From Octopus vulgaris (taxonomy: Eukaryota), in the NCBI GenBank assembly GCA_951406725.2, contig OX597824.1, positions 63,736,001 to 63,800,000 on the forward strand: DNA of 64,000 nt, given 5' to 3'. The notes under the pieces were generated by a model, which saw nothing but the letters and a program-made list of their open reading frames with translations, was not told the DNA's origin and searched no databases. Shown piece by piece: positions 1 through 13,356 of this stretch. Every line of letters begins with the position of its first letter. The stretch's first letter is position 1. The position numbers and the translations under genes were made by a program.

Positions 1-60
<60 letters not shown>
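1..60. repeat. (TC)n microsatellite, truncated by window start
   Basis: Perfect TC dinucleotide run. Confidence 0.98.
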
Positions 61-64
<4 letters not shown>

Positions 65-808
65 ATGTTGTAGAAAACTAATATTGATTTTTATAAGAAA
101 ACATAGCGTTTCCCATTCGAGAAATATATTTGGAATGAAAATATAATTTATTGCTGCATATCGGCATTTGTAATATGACCCAGGCATTAGAGGAATAATC
201 ATATAATTGAAGCAGCAAGTATTTGAGTCAAGGGCAATCTGAACTTGCACTCCCTAGCTGAGCTGACCTGGGGACTGACACGACCAACAACAACATAAAA
301 CTATCTTAAACTGTCGAAGAAACGGGGAGAATAGACTGCAAACTATAAATGGCGAAAGGGTGTTTTAAAATACAGCACACGAATCACAAACATTTAATGT
401 TTAGTGTAAATCTTACGCGATGAAGTGGCCTGGTCATAATTTAAGCCTATCGGAGATTACTTACCGACAATGAATCGCTAAAAATGTAATATATTCAGTT
501 AATATAATGCGTATTTAAACAAAATTTCATGCACAATAAATTTCATCGCATATTTCGGCGGTATATATTACTTGAGGTAAACAATAGCAAATAAACATCA
601 ATAATATTCATATGAAAAGCAACTTTAAAGCTAGAACATTTTATTAGTAGATCATATATAACTGTTCGATATAGTGATTGATAAACAAATGAAATATGTA
701 CAACAAACAAGTACAACGGATAATTTCCTCGTTGTCTCTATTATATTATATCATATTATATATTGAATCCACAACAACATACAACACACGCTGATATATA
801 TATATATA

Positions 809-848
<40 letters not shown>

Positions 849-1170
849 GTATGTAGGTGTGTATGATAGTATTGTATATTGTATTAAACAATGAGTTATA
901 TTGCAGGTACAATATATATTATGTTGACTGAAGAGCTAATAAAATGAAAAGAAGGGATATATTCATTGCACCTTGTTCCATGTTTACATTTCAGTTTGTT
1001 TAGCAACTATAACAGATAGCAGTTACGTATCATCTAGTAATATATTGCAATAAATTCTCATGATACTTCTGCTGGTGACAATACTCTATCATTCATAGTT
1101 TCCAAATATACGCATCCAACATAAGGTATATGGGGGCATGTATACATGCATACACATATATATGTGTATG

Positions 1171-1232
<62 letters not shown>

Positions 1233-1356
1233 AGTGTAAATCACATAAATGGGAAACACGGAGGGAAGAAATAGTATGCGAACACTGGAAGTAGAGTAAT
1301 ATGCTTTATTATTGAATCTACAAAAACTTCGCAAAAAATCACAAAAAATCACAAAC

Positions 1357-1398
1357 AATTGCTACTCGGAGTTTCACGTTCCCGTTCGTCGGACAATT
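1357..1398 (-). ncRNA. Minimal type-I hammerhead ribozyme (U4C core variant)
   Basis: Minus strand reads AAUUGU CCGACGA ACG-GGAA-CGU GAAA CUCCGAG UA GCAAUU: stem I AAUUGU/GCAAUU, stem II with GNRA loop, near-palindromic stem III ACUC-C-GAGU, GUA triplet. Confidence 0.8.
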
Positions 1399-1418
1399 TT
1401 GATTGAGAATCTCTGTCA

Positions 1419-1461
1419 AAACTGTCCGACGAGCTGAAACGTGAAACTCTGAGTGGCAATT
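1419..1461 (+). ncRNA. Degenerate hammerhead copy (inverted partner of 1357-1398)
   Basis: AACUGU CCGACGA GCUGAAACGU GAAA CUCUGAG UG GCAAUU; stem II weakened and triplet is GUG. Confidence 0.6.
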
Positions 1462-1530
1462 TTTTGTGATCTTTCGTGAGATTTTTGTAGCTTCAGTAAT
1501 AAAGTGTATATATATATATATATATATATA

Positions 1531-1848
1531 AAGCTTGCTTCACAACCACATGGATCTGGGTGCAGTCCCACTGCGGGGCATCTTGCGGATGTGTCTTGTA
1601 CTATAGCCTCGGGCCGGCCAAAATCTTGTGAGTGGATTTGGTAGACGGAAACTGAAAGAAGCAAGTCGTATATGCGTGTGTGAGCGCGCGCGCTTGAGAA
1701 CCGTTGCTGATGTGGCTAAGTCCCCGTAAGTTCAACGATTCAGCAAACGAGACCGACAGTATAAGTATTAGATTTACAAAGAATAAATGCTAGGGTCAAT
1801 TTCTTCACTTAAAACATTTTAACGCGGTGTTCCAGCATGTCCGCAGTC
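1531..1848 (+). mobile_element. tRNA-derived SINE family A (CORE-like, resembles octopus OR-type SINEs), 5'-truncated
   Basis: Matches other copies: degenerate B-box region GGGTGCAGTCCC, body GGATTTGGTAGACGGAAACTGAAAGAAG, tail GCGGTGTTCCAGCATG. Confidence 0.85.
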
Positions 1849-1990
1849 TTATATATAAAAGACATATGTTGACGTTATAGATGTTTTCATCTATCCAATA
1901 TAGGAGAACAGAATTTTAATTATGTAATATAAAGAAAATGTAGAGTGTGATCATAAAAATCAATTTATTTATATAATAGTCCATTTCATG

Positions 1991-2070
1991 TCGCCTACGC
2001 ACGTTTCAGTTTCTCAAATTCATTAAAATTGCATTATGAATTTAAAAAGTAAAAATCTTTTCAGGTCAAA
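1991..2070 (-). ncRNA. Hammerhead-like motif with long stem II (core mutated)
   Basis: Minus: UUGAC CUGAAAA [hairpin AAAUUCAU/AUGAAUUU] GAAA CGUGCG UA GGCGA; inverted partial copy at 2150-2170 keeps UUGCC CUGAAGA. Confidence 0.6.
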
Positions 2071-2231
2071 AATTGATATATATTCGTTTACATCCTAATG
2101 GACGGAGAATTCATTACATTCTGTAATGGACCCTCCATTCATTACGATGTCAATTTTGCCCTGAAGAGATAAGCAATTGTTGTGGTAATATTTTGTGGGT
2201 GGTACGTTCCGACTTTTCTTTCTATCGCTTT

Positions 2232-2233
<2 letters not shown>

Positions 2234-2316
<83 letters not shown>

Positions 2317-2350
2317 CAGACAGATAGATAAATAGATAGATAGATAGATG
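2234..2350. repeat. (TAGA)n microsatellite
   Basis: Long tetranucleotide run. Confidence 0.97.
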
Positions 2351-2435
2351 GATAAAGAAATATTATTGCTGGGATTAATAGTATTAATAAGGTAATAATA
2401 AGATGGTGAGCAACTTTACACCGTTACAGGCACAA

Positions 2436-2595
2436 TATAAAGTAAATTAAGATTCAGTAGGGTATATAATACCAATTACTTAAATCAGAGCCAATGCACC
2501 AAACCACCAAACCACCATAAACTCATGATAAACGCATTGGTTCCGATTTTAGCAAGTGGTATTATATACCCTACTAAATATAAATATACTTTATA
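2436..2595. repeat. Imperfect palindrome, ~60 bp arms (MITE-like or fold-back)
   Basis: AGTAGGGTATATAATACCA...AAATCAGAGCCAATGC pairs with GCATTGGTTCCGATTT...TGGTATTATATACCCTACT. Confidence 0.8.
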
Positions 2596-2617
2596 ATATA
2601 TATATATATGTCAAAAT

Positions 2618-2823
2618 GTGACCGCGTGTGTACCGTTGGCGATTTTTTTTTTCCTCGGTCTTCCCTTTTTGGGATCTTTCCTTTTCCTATGTTCCTGACG
2701 AAGAGTCCACTCGAAACGTTAAACCCTCCTTCTTTCTTTCCTTTTCTGAGCGTCCAATAATACTATATTTCTTCCACGTCCTCGCGTTGTGTTTTCTCTT
2801 TGTGTTTTCATGTTTGGATTAAC
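2618..2823 (+). mobile_element. ~200 bp non-coding HHR-bearing element, copy 1
   Basis: Closely similar to 22967-23170 and 46019-46215; contains CUGACGA A GAG-UCCA-CUC GAAA CG UU AAAC at 2690-2724; TA tracts on both sides. Confidence 0.8.
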
Positions 2824-2843
2824 TATATATATATATATATATA

Positions 2844-3045
2844 TGTTATATCGCAATACTACATAGTGGGTGTGTCACCTACAAAATCCTCGTCGCCACT
2901 GTTATGTCGCACATTCGGATGCTCTACTACTGAACTCGACTCTTAGTCTCCTACTGCTACTCTCTTCTACCGACATCTAGACTTCTCCCTCTATATCTAC
3001 GTATTGGACTAGTCTACTTCATCGTCTGGGGCCGTCCACACAACA
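2844..3045. mobile_element. Possible small solo LTR
   Basis: Starts TGTTAT and ends ACAACA (TG...CA, short terminal IR); inserted in a TA run. Confidence 0.35.
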
Positions 3046-3231
3046 ATATATATATATATATATATATAGGATGAAGCTTTTTTACAGTAAAAAATTTAAT
3101 CAGAAAATGTGACAGCATATTAAAATACCTTTAAGGTTAAAATTATAAACAACTTATAAACAAGGGTTAAAGAAAATTATATCTATCCCAATATGCTGAT
3201 AACAGACTTTTAAATCGTCAATTTCCGCATA

Positions 3232-3306
<75 letters not shown>

Positions 3307-3920
3307 TATATTCCTTATGTAAACTAGTATCATTTACCCAAGTGTAAAGAGTTAAATTGCAACATACGGCTGTACTTCATAAACTTATACGTGTAACCCA
3401 ACATTATCAGAACAGTTTTCTGGTCACGAAATATGTGTCGGACGTCTCTTGATTCTCACTCTACGAACCACAATCCGATGACTTGCAGCCAACAGGCTTC
3501 TTCTCGATTACGCCTGCTTGGAGAAATGTATAAAAATTTTCTTTTCTATATTGATTTATTACCTCTCTTTATCTGAGGATGAAGAGAGATGTACACACGA
3601 ATAATTAAGCTATATGGAACTGAATTAACCTGTTATTAAATATTAATAAATTGAAATTAAATGTATTAAGTTACACTATTTTTCCTTTGTTTACCTACCA
3701 GTATAAATGTGAATGTGAGTTATGAGTATAATAATATTTGTGTATACTATATACATGGAGTCAATTATAATAACTGTAATCATTCTGTCTTCCAGGCTTA
3801 GTATACAATTGTCGTTACTCTGCTTATAAAGTTTGCTATGTAATACTACATCAAATAATTTGATAGTCCTTAACCGTGTAGTTTTTCAAAGACCTTATAT
3901 ATTATAGAAATGACCGCATA

Positions 3921-3973
<53 letters not shown>

Positions 3974-4345
3974 GTACGTACATATGCAAACATATATATA
4001 ATCTATGAATGTCCGTATATGTGTGTGTGTGTTTGTGCACTGGGCAAACTAGATGCCGAGATCACTTGATTAGACCAGTATTCTAATAGAAACTAATGCT
4101 TCATATGCAATTATGTATCGTCACTAATCCAACAGAAAATCATAGGTATCAATTATCTCTATTTATGCCCTTCCAAACGTTGTCTTCAATGTCACAGAAT
4201 CGGAACGGGCAAATGGCACTGCATTAATAACATTACGTATACATTTACACACACACACACACATGCATTTATATATAAATACGTTTGTACATGCATAAAT
4301 AAAGAAATAAAGAAATATACATACATACATACATACATACATACA

Positions 4346-4417
<72 letters not shown>

Positions 4418-5591
4418 ATGCCTGTTATTGTCCTTCATCTATGAAAGAAACTTTTCAAATTAGATATCCATATTCCTTCCACTGAAAATATATTAGTGAA
4501 TGGGTGGGTATAGAGATGTACTGAGTAGAATATCGACATGAATGCATTACAATAATTATATCCTTCCTTTGACTTTCTATATTCAACCTTTTCTCAGGAT
4601 AACTTTAAAATATCCGTCCTTCTAACACCGAAAACAAGACTACACGTTATACACTAAAGCTATTATTTCCTTTGGAAACTAGTTATAGTGGAAGAAATGA
4701 ATCTTGGCTTTATGGTATAAGTCATTATTACTCTTGTCATTTTCAAACCTTGGTCTTCCGTAGTTGCCTTGAAAATACTTAACCTATTTTTCAGCCAATC
4801 CTCTATATCTATTATCCATCCATCCATACATACATATGTGTGTTTGTGTATGTGTGTGTGTATACACACACATTCAATTGATATGTTCACATGGCAAGTA
4901 ATTCAAAAGGCGGCAGTAGCGTCGAACAACCACCTTCATCAAAGGTCAATCGCATAAGAATGGCCACTGAAAATTTAATTACACTGGCGCTGCTCCAGTA
5001 TGGCCACAGCATTTGGGCTGAAACATAAAAGAATAAAGGAATATATATGTATCTGTACACACATATATATGTATAAATATATATATATGAATATATATAT
5101 ATATGCATGTATGTATGTATGTATGTATGTATGTATGTATGTATGTATGTATGTATGTATGTATCGATGGATGGATGGATGGATGGATGGATGCATAACT
5201 TGTAACCTGTTTCAGCCTTAAATCTACGGCCATGCTCGGGCACCACAGTTGACTGTGCTACGCTTTCATTATTTGAAACCTCTTCTGATGTGAGGCATTT
5301 GATGAATGAGGGAGTTTGATGCTGCTGCCCTCATCGGGCGACTTTTAAGCTAGCTCCTGTGGAGGGCTCTTCATTGGGCCTTGGGCCCAACAATGACTCT
5401 TCATACATTGAGTACATATTAAATTTTATTAAACTTGACCAATATTTTTAAAGGAATGAGCAATTTTCATCAAGTGAATATGATTTGTCGACTCGGAACT
5501 TATTGCAAAGCTGCATGATAAACAGCATTTTTTATTTTCCCATTCTGGAGTCATTACAATTTATATTTTCTGTTTAAACTCCTTCTTTCTC

Positions 5592-5634
<43 letters not shown>

Positions 5635-6120
5635 CTATCTATCTCTCTATCTCTCTTTCTGTTGATTGTTTTCAACCATTACCATCACCAGTACCACTAC
5701 TATTGCCACCACAACCGCCATACACACACCATTCAGACGTCTGACGCCACCTCCATCAATACCTTTGACTTCGCGGCCCTCTGCTCCACTACCATCACCA
5801 CTGTCTTTCACATCGCTTACTATCACCTTCATCCCTGACTGACTCGGCTACCACCACCACAACCACCATCATCATTGTCGCCTCCGCTCTGTCACAACTA
5901 CAGCTCATAGTATTACTATCACTCCATTACCATCACAACCGTCAACCTACTGCCACCCTCACCGTCTCAATGCCTACTATTACTCTCATGCCAGCAGGAG
6001 GAATATTGAGAGAAGGGGTCAAAGTGTGACACACAGACTCACAGGAATTCGTTTTGGCATTTATTATTATAGATGTATAATATAATACACACACACACAC
6101 ACATATCTATATATACTCAC

Positions 6121-6328
6121 TTACTCTTTTACTTGTTTCAGTCAATTGACTGTAGCCATGCTGGAGCATCGCCTTTAGTCGAGCAAATCGACCCCAGAAC
6201 TTATTCTATGTAAGCCTAGTACTTATTCTATTGGTCTCTTTTGCCGAACCGCTAAGTTACAGGGACGTAAACGCACCAGCATCGGTTGGCAAGCGATGGT
6301 GGGGGGACAAACACAGACACGCAAACAT

Positions 6329-6361
<33 letters not shown>

Positions 6362-6499
6362 CGGCGGGCTTCTTTCAGTACCAAATACACTCACAAGGCT
6401 TTGGTCGGCCCGAGGCTATAGTAGAAGACTTGCCCAAGGTGCCATGCAGTGGGATTGAAGCCGGAACCATGTGGTTCGTAAGCAAGCTACTTACCACAC
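6121..6499 (-). mobile_element. SINE family A, near full length
   Basis: Tail TTACTCTTTTACTTGTTTCAGTC, internal CA/TA microsatellite, tRNA-like head ending ...AGCAAGCTACTTACCACAC. Confidence 0.92.
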
Positions 6500-6531
6500 G
6501 AGATAGCTAGCTAGCTAGATAGATAGGTAGG

Positions 6532-6622
<91 letters not shown>

Positions 6623-6683
6623 AACATACTTGGGAATGGATGCGTGGCGTTTAATCATGTATTAATGTAAATAATAAATGTGC

Positions 6684-6740
<57 letters not shown>

Positions 6741-6760
6741 GTGTATAGTCTATCTTCTTA

Positions 6761-7148
6761 TGTTTGTTTCAGTCATCGGACTTCAGCCATACTGGAGCAC
6801 CTCCCTGAAGGATTTTGGCGAACAAATCGACCCCAGCAGATGTTTTTAAAACATAGTACTTACTCTGTCACACACCTTTTGCTGAAATGTTGTGTTAGGA
6901 GAAAGGTAAACAAATTAACACTGGTTGTTAATTGTTACCTTGTGGTGTAGGTGGTGGGGACAAACAGAAACGCAAAAACATGAATACATACTCACAAACA
7001 CACAGTTTCCCTTCACCAAATTCACTCGCAAGGCATTGGTCGGCCCGAAGTTATCATAGATGACAAATCCCCGAAGTACCTCGGTGTAACACAAGCCGAG
7101 ATCATGTGGCTGTAAACGAAGTTTCTTAACCACACGGACATATCTGCC
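6761..7148 (-). mobile_element. SINE family A, diverged
   Basis: Same module order as 6121-6499 with many substitutions. Confidence 0.8.
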
Positions 7149-7309
7149 TATGTACGTATGTATGTATGCATGTAGGTGTATGTATGTATGTAAGTATGTA
7201 TCTATTTATATGCATGTGTGATTTTTGCGTATGTGCGTATGTCTGTATACATATATGCGCATAAATACTTTTATGGATAGAGATAATTGTGATAGACAAA
7301 CAGACAGAC

Positions 7310-7394
<85 letters not shown>

Positions 7395-8853
7395 TGCAAA
7401 TATATAATGTAGGTAGCTTTACAAGCAAATATTGATGTAAACTTTTATGTATTATCATCAAAACTAATTGAAAGGTCACTCTTTTGAGTAGTGATTCAAA
7501 TTTAATTTTTACAAGGAATAACTTCATTGGGATTTCGAATTTTCAATTTAGTTTATCTTCTTCAGATTGTTACACTAAATGCATGTGTGTGTGTGTGTGT
7601 CTGTCTGTCTTTTTATATGAGTGCTTGTGTTTATAAAAATGGCATTGATACGTAAGTCACAATTTTCATCAAACTAATGTTTGTATGAACAAGTAAATAA
7701 TCAAAATTATTATGTGAAAACAGTTCCAGATTAAAAGTAAAAGTGATGTTATCCGATGTAATTATCAAAATCTCCTAAGTATCATATACAAAGCCTTGAA
7801 CATACATGGCTCTATGTTTATCAACAAGGGCAAGTAAGAGAAAATGTTAAGAGAAGACAGTCTATGAAAGATTTTCACAAACAGACGGACGTAGACGCTG
7901 CCTCAGCTATTTCACTTCGATATCTGGGGGCGGCAAAACACTCCAGATTTACCAACAGCAAACGCACAGTGTGCGTCTTGATGGTAACCAAAACAAAATG
8001 ATAGGACATTAATTACAGGAAGATACCATTACCACCTATAGGTATGGCCGGGTAAAATATGGGCCGGGTAAAATGTGGGACATTTTTCTGCCGTACCATA
8101 CATTTGCTAACTGTCAAGTACTTTTAAATCTAGACATTATATTCAGCAGCTTTTGAAAATCTGTATAATTCACTCGCAAGTTTTCTATACAGAAATATTC
8201 CTAGGTCACTTATTTTAATATTCTAAGCATTTGCAAACTTTTATTTATTTTTAACTGGTGACGTTCGAGAAATTTCTTGCAGTGTGCTAGAGCTTGGAGC
8301 ACTTTCGAATTTCTCCAGCGTTTCAATGTAAATGGTTCGAGTGAATTAATGAATTGCCTGGGAGAGAATTGAAGCTGAGCATTGACAATTAAGGAAACCT
8401 ACTTCAGTCACACAGCCGCCCTCTAACATCCAACTGGCCTGTCATTGTTTGAATAGAGTGTGGTATTGATATATGATAGCCAGGAATATAAAGTAGCATT
8501 TTCCACAATATGCGAACTTGTGACACATTTGCCATTAGACCATTATACTAACTACTAAGAGTTTGTTCAATATTCAAATACAATTACTTGAAAGAGATGT
8601 GACTATTTGATCGTTTCGTGATTTTGTTGTCAACTATTCATTAGAGAGGTGTATCAACGTATCAATGATAGACTTAATCGGCCTAAAACTAATTACAGAC
8701 GATTACTGTATTACATAATTGTATTCTACCTGTATTTAGTGATATTTTCATCAGCCCTAAACAAACATACACACACAGAAACAAACACGCAAACACACAA
8801 TCACACAGACTCAGATATATAGATAGATATATATATATATATACATACATATG

Positions 8854-8885
<32 letters not shown>

Positions 8886-8905
8886 TATATATATATATAT
8901 ATATA

Positions 8906-9408
8906 CTAGCAGTATCGCCCGGCGTTGCTCGGGTTTGTAAGGGAAATAACTATATAAGCATTTTTAGAGAGTTACTTCCCTTATAAATTCGGGCTTTCTT
9001 AGCCATTTTTGTTTTGGTGTCTTCAAGCCATGAAGTCGTTGTTCTAAAAGAACGCTGGTTTCCTTCACAACGCATTACGACGTTGATTTCTTTACACTCC
9101 CTTCCCCACAGCTTCACGAGGGAGGGAAGGGGGAGAAGCAAACAGGTGCAGCTGTGAACATGGACGCCAACTCCGCCGCCATCGACATACGATGCATTTT
9201 ATGCATTAAAATGGAATAAAAAATTATGTTAAATTATTTTTAAAATCGTAGACTCATCGTTGACGCGCGCTAATAGTCAGACGGGCTCGATATGAATCAC
9301 GACTATAAGATACCCGAATTTGGTTAAACTGCACCGCAAAATGTGGGAGGAGTTAGGAATCTAAATCGAAGGGGACAGACACTCACACAACTAGAGTTTT
9401 ATATATAT

Positions 9409-9411
<3 letters not shown>
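8906..9411 (-). mobile_element. Non-autonomous Helitron
   Basis: Minus strand starts TCTATATATATAAAACTC and ends with hairpin CCCGAGCAACGCCGGG followed by GATACTGCTAG|T; 3' end shared with 54223-54610. Confidence 0.85.
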
Positions 9412-9453
<42 letters not shown>

Positions 9454-9471
9454 CATACATACATACATATG

Positions 9472-9503
<32 letters not shown>

Positions 9504-10079
9504 TGTATGTTTGTATGTATGTATGTATGTATATGGTTTGTGAATTAATGTATTGCCTGACAGAATTGAAGCTGAGCCTGTTCTCTACGGATTCCGTGGC
9601 GTATATATTCCTTCCTTGGATAAGATGTCGGTCCGCCACAGTAGTACTTTTTTTTTTCTGAGTAAAGACATGAAGTTTAAATTATCGTATTCATGAATTC
9701 ACACGTACCCACAGATGTGCGTATGTGCATCTGTGAGAGAAAGAATATGTCCGTTGTGAGTGTATTGTGTGTGTATGTTGTGTATAAGTGTGTTGTGTGG
9801 GTATGAGAGTAGAAACGAAACAAGCCAGAACTCAGCACATATAGAAGTGAAATGTGTTTATTAATAGGTTCACTTAGATCCCTATCTGCATAGCTCAAGG
9901 TTTTGTAGATGTACATTTCTGTAAACCTTTTTCTTCAGATATCCGGAGTCACACACAGCGTGTGTATGTATTTATGATTTATGATAATTCAAAATTAATG
10001 AGTCACAACATTTTTATTCTTTTTTATGCACATAAGTTATACATTTGACTAAGCAGAGAATCGCAAAAATGTAAAAGTG

Positions 10080-11100
10080 CTACCTGTCGAGAACTCCGCG
10101 TACCGAAAGCCAGTAAGTGTATGAGATCATCAGGAGAGACTGCGCGCCGTTTCGGTGCCTACCTCTCTGCGGCATCAATGAGCGCCGGCCCCCTTCACTG
10201 ATATGAGGCCGACTTGCTAGATCGATTGGTTATTAAACAAAGCTCAATATTTTTCTAGCCATCGCTCATTGTCTCTTTTTAAACAAATCCAGTGAGCCGT
10301 CGGTCATGCTGGTATTTACTTTAACGGTGAGTTAGGCTTAATGATACCATCATTCGTCTCACAGTGTCCAACAAACGATCTACATCCGACTTTGATTGGA
10401 AAATGCTCCGCTTTCAAGCCTGCGTCTTCACATTCCTCGAGAAGGTTTACATAACGGTCAATCTTTCAAGCCCGAGCGGCGTCCGTGTTATCATCATGAG
10501 GAACCGTTAACTCGACTATATTCAAAACTTTCTTTCCTTCACACCACATTAAACTATCAGGTGTTTTCGTAACTGGGGTGGAAAAGAGTCCTTGGCACCC
10601 TGGTAAAACTGCATTCACCTCCCAATAGCCGTTCCGCTTTTCATCGCTCACAAGAAATTTGTTGTTCTTGAAACGGATCCGCTGTCCTGAGTGCATGAAG
10701 GTAATGAAATCTCTAGTTGGTGCTTTCAACGGTTTTTTCACTGCTGTTGAGATCAATTTGGTTCTTTATTGCATTGAAGATAACCTTAAGGATCAGCTTG
10801 TGTCTCCATGTATGCTTGTCATCAGTCTCTGCTTCTGCTTTCCACTTCCTGGCTGTTTTTACCTCTGGTGGATTACGCCTGGTTTCCATGTCCTTCGACT
10901 CTCTCAGCATTATAACCGTTCGTACCTTCCCAGTTTATGTATTTCGACTATTGACGCCAGTGGTAACTGCAACGAGCCTCTTTTACGATAAGGAACTATT
11001 GTTGTTAAGCATAAAGCGTAGAAGCTGGTGGAGATCTGTTTTAGATAGTTTCAAACTGCACATGGTTCCAATTAAGCTAATATTAACAGTAACAAAAGCG
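10080..11100 (-). pseudogene. HERO-like RLE non-LTR retrotransposon, 3' fragment (decayed, internally deleted)
   Basis: ORFs 10713-10910 and 10466-10756 plus read-through give MLRESKD..PEVKTARKWKA, TWRH and TPD...VELTVPHDDN..A..K..RY..L.EEC...G.....PIKVGCR (PD-(D/E)xK restriction-like endonuclease). Confidence 0.8.
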
Positions 11101-11319
11101 TTTGAGACACAAATTCTCAAGACACTCTTGCTAATGACCTAGTGTTGTTACAAAGTGTTGCTATTAAGACTGATCATACCTATGTTGTTCAGACTGAGGA
11201 TGAGGACAAAAATGAATAAGAGGAGGCGGAGTAGGAAGAGGATGAGAGGAAGAAAACGGAGTATGGTGGATGGTGTTGGGGAGAATTATAATGAGAAGGA
11301 GGAATAAAGGGAAGATGGT

Positions 11320-11337
11320 TTTGTATGATGATGATGG

Positions 11338-11370
<33 letters not shown>

Positions 11371-11687
11371 GGGTAATGAAAACAATAAGTAAAGCGTCGA
11401 GGTGGCTAGATAATGGTGACTTTGATGATAATGATATTGAAGATAAAGAGTGAGATATCCATAGGGATGATGATGATGATGACGACGACGACGACGACGG
11501 CATTTTTATGTTTTTCGTTGCTATAATCTGATGGAACAAAAATACATTACGGCCACCTTATATAATCATTTTAACGGATTAAGGCGACGAAAAACAGCAA
11601 TAAAAATAAGAATAACTGCCAAACACGAAATATAGTTATTTTCGATATTCCCACATTGGGTCTATATCAGCAACCGCTGCAGCATAG

Positions 11688-11718
<31 letters not shown>

Positions 11719-12120
11719 TATCATCACTATCGGTATCATCATTACCATCGTCATCCCCAATATCATCATCATAATTAACATCAGCATCACCATCGTCGTT
11801 ATCAGCATCGTCATCATCATCAGCATCCTAATCGTCATTATCAGGAGCAATAACAGCATCGTCTTCCTCATCATCGTCGTTGTCGTCGTCGTCGACATCG
11901 TCATGATCATCATCATTATTATATCCATCAACATTAGTATTGCTGTCATTAATATAATGCCAATATTTCATCCACTACTCCCATAGCCACTCTCACCACC
12001 ATACCAAGACCACTAACGCCACCATCACCATCATCACCATCCACTGTCAATAAGCACTGACAGCCACTATCACTACCGCAGTCGCCATTACTAATACAAT
12101 GGTGATGACATCATCATGGT
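11320..12120. repeat. Low-complexity (GAT/GAC/CAT/CAC)n region
   Basis: Degenerate trinucleotide arrays. Confidence 0.9.
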
Positions 12121-12584
12121 CGTAAAAACAACGTCGACGTTGTAAAGATGAAGTTCAGAGGCTTAAAAAGATTAACAGTTCTTTATCATCTTTCGTTTCA
12201 TTTGTGTTTTTTATTGTCTGTTTTTTTGTTTTGTTTTGGGTTTTTTGGGAAAAGTGTTTGTTGTGTTTCTTCTTTTTTTTCGAATATATTTACAGAGGAA
12301 TTTACGGGATATATTTATATGAATATATAACTAATACCTACACGTATGTATTTAAGTATGTATGTATGTATATACGTTATCATGTATACATTGTGTATGT
12401 ATATATGGATAAACGCACACACATCTGTATATATATATATATATAGGAAGAGAGAGAGAGAGAAATATGTATGTATGATATCGTTAGATTATTTTTGCCA
12501 GACAGTCATCAAATTCTTGACTCAGACACATATAACCAGTTAGTTTGTGTGTGTGTGCGTTTGGGCACATTTGTCAGAATATAT

Positions 12585-12638
<54 letters not shown>

Positions 12639-12791
12639 TGTGCTTAGATATATAGAAGTGTAGATAAACATATATAGACAAACTGAGAGAGAGAGATTAC
12701 AAGTGATTTTTTAATCACGCACATCTAGTTGCATTAATATGTGTGTGTATGTTTGCGTGTTTGTATGTGCACGTGTACGTACGTATGTACT

Positions 12792-12849
<58 letters not shown>

Positions 12850-13164
12850 CATATATAAACATATATACATATATGTATGTATATTTCTGTGTGCGTATAT
12901 ATTTATATCTGTATGTGTGAATGTGTGTGTATGTGTGTTTATATATACGTATGTAAGTATTACTACTTCGTCGTCGGTTGCATATTATTAACTCTTACAA
13001 TAAAAGTTTTGAACAGTGTTGTCGAAGTTACAGTATGTTCGACTTCAGGGGACTACTACATTTGAAATTTTTGAATTACTATGCTGTTTTTTCAGCAGCT
13101 GAATGTAGAGTAGGTACATACATATATATATATATATATATAAATGTAGGTATATGTGTAGGAA

Positions 13165-13325
13165 TAACAAGGAAAAAATTGTTGCCAGGTTAGCAAAAAT
13201 TCATGTAAGTGCCAAAGATATTACAGTTTACTTATAAAGGTAGAAATTCCAGGGTTAAGTGAAATGTTTTGTATAACGTGGATAAAGAGTCAAACGCAGG
13301 TGTTATTCAAATCGTTTATACTTCC
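13165..13325 (-). mobile_element. Solitary PLE terminal fragment homologous to 58690-58850
   Basis: Shares GTT(G/A)CCAGGT(T/C)AGCAAAAAT, TTATAAAGGT(A/T)GAAA and AACGCAGGT with the reverse complement of 58690-58850. Confidence 0.7.

Positions 13326-13356
<31 letters not shown>

Larger units (their letters stand above)
1303..1505. mobile_element. Penelope-like (PLE) terminal remnant as an inverted repeat, each arm carrying a hammerhead motif
   Basis: Arm 1303-1402 is the imperfect reverse complement of 1416-1505; TA tracts lie nearby on both sides. Confidence 0.7.

Noticed and set aside
3395-3445. GAAAUAUGUGUC resembling the stem III of 58610
   Set aside because: No upstream CUGANGA found; at most a heavily decayed relic
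8040-8500. Tc1-like terminus GGCCGGGTAAAATGTGGGAC
   Set aside because: No matching opposite TIR or transposase motif located
8598-8650. Minus CUAAUGA...GAAACGAUC hammerhead-like words
   Set aside because: G5 is missing and stems I and II do not pair convincingly
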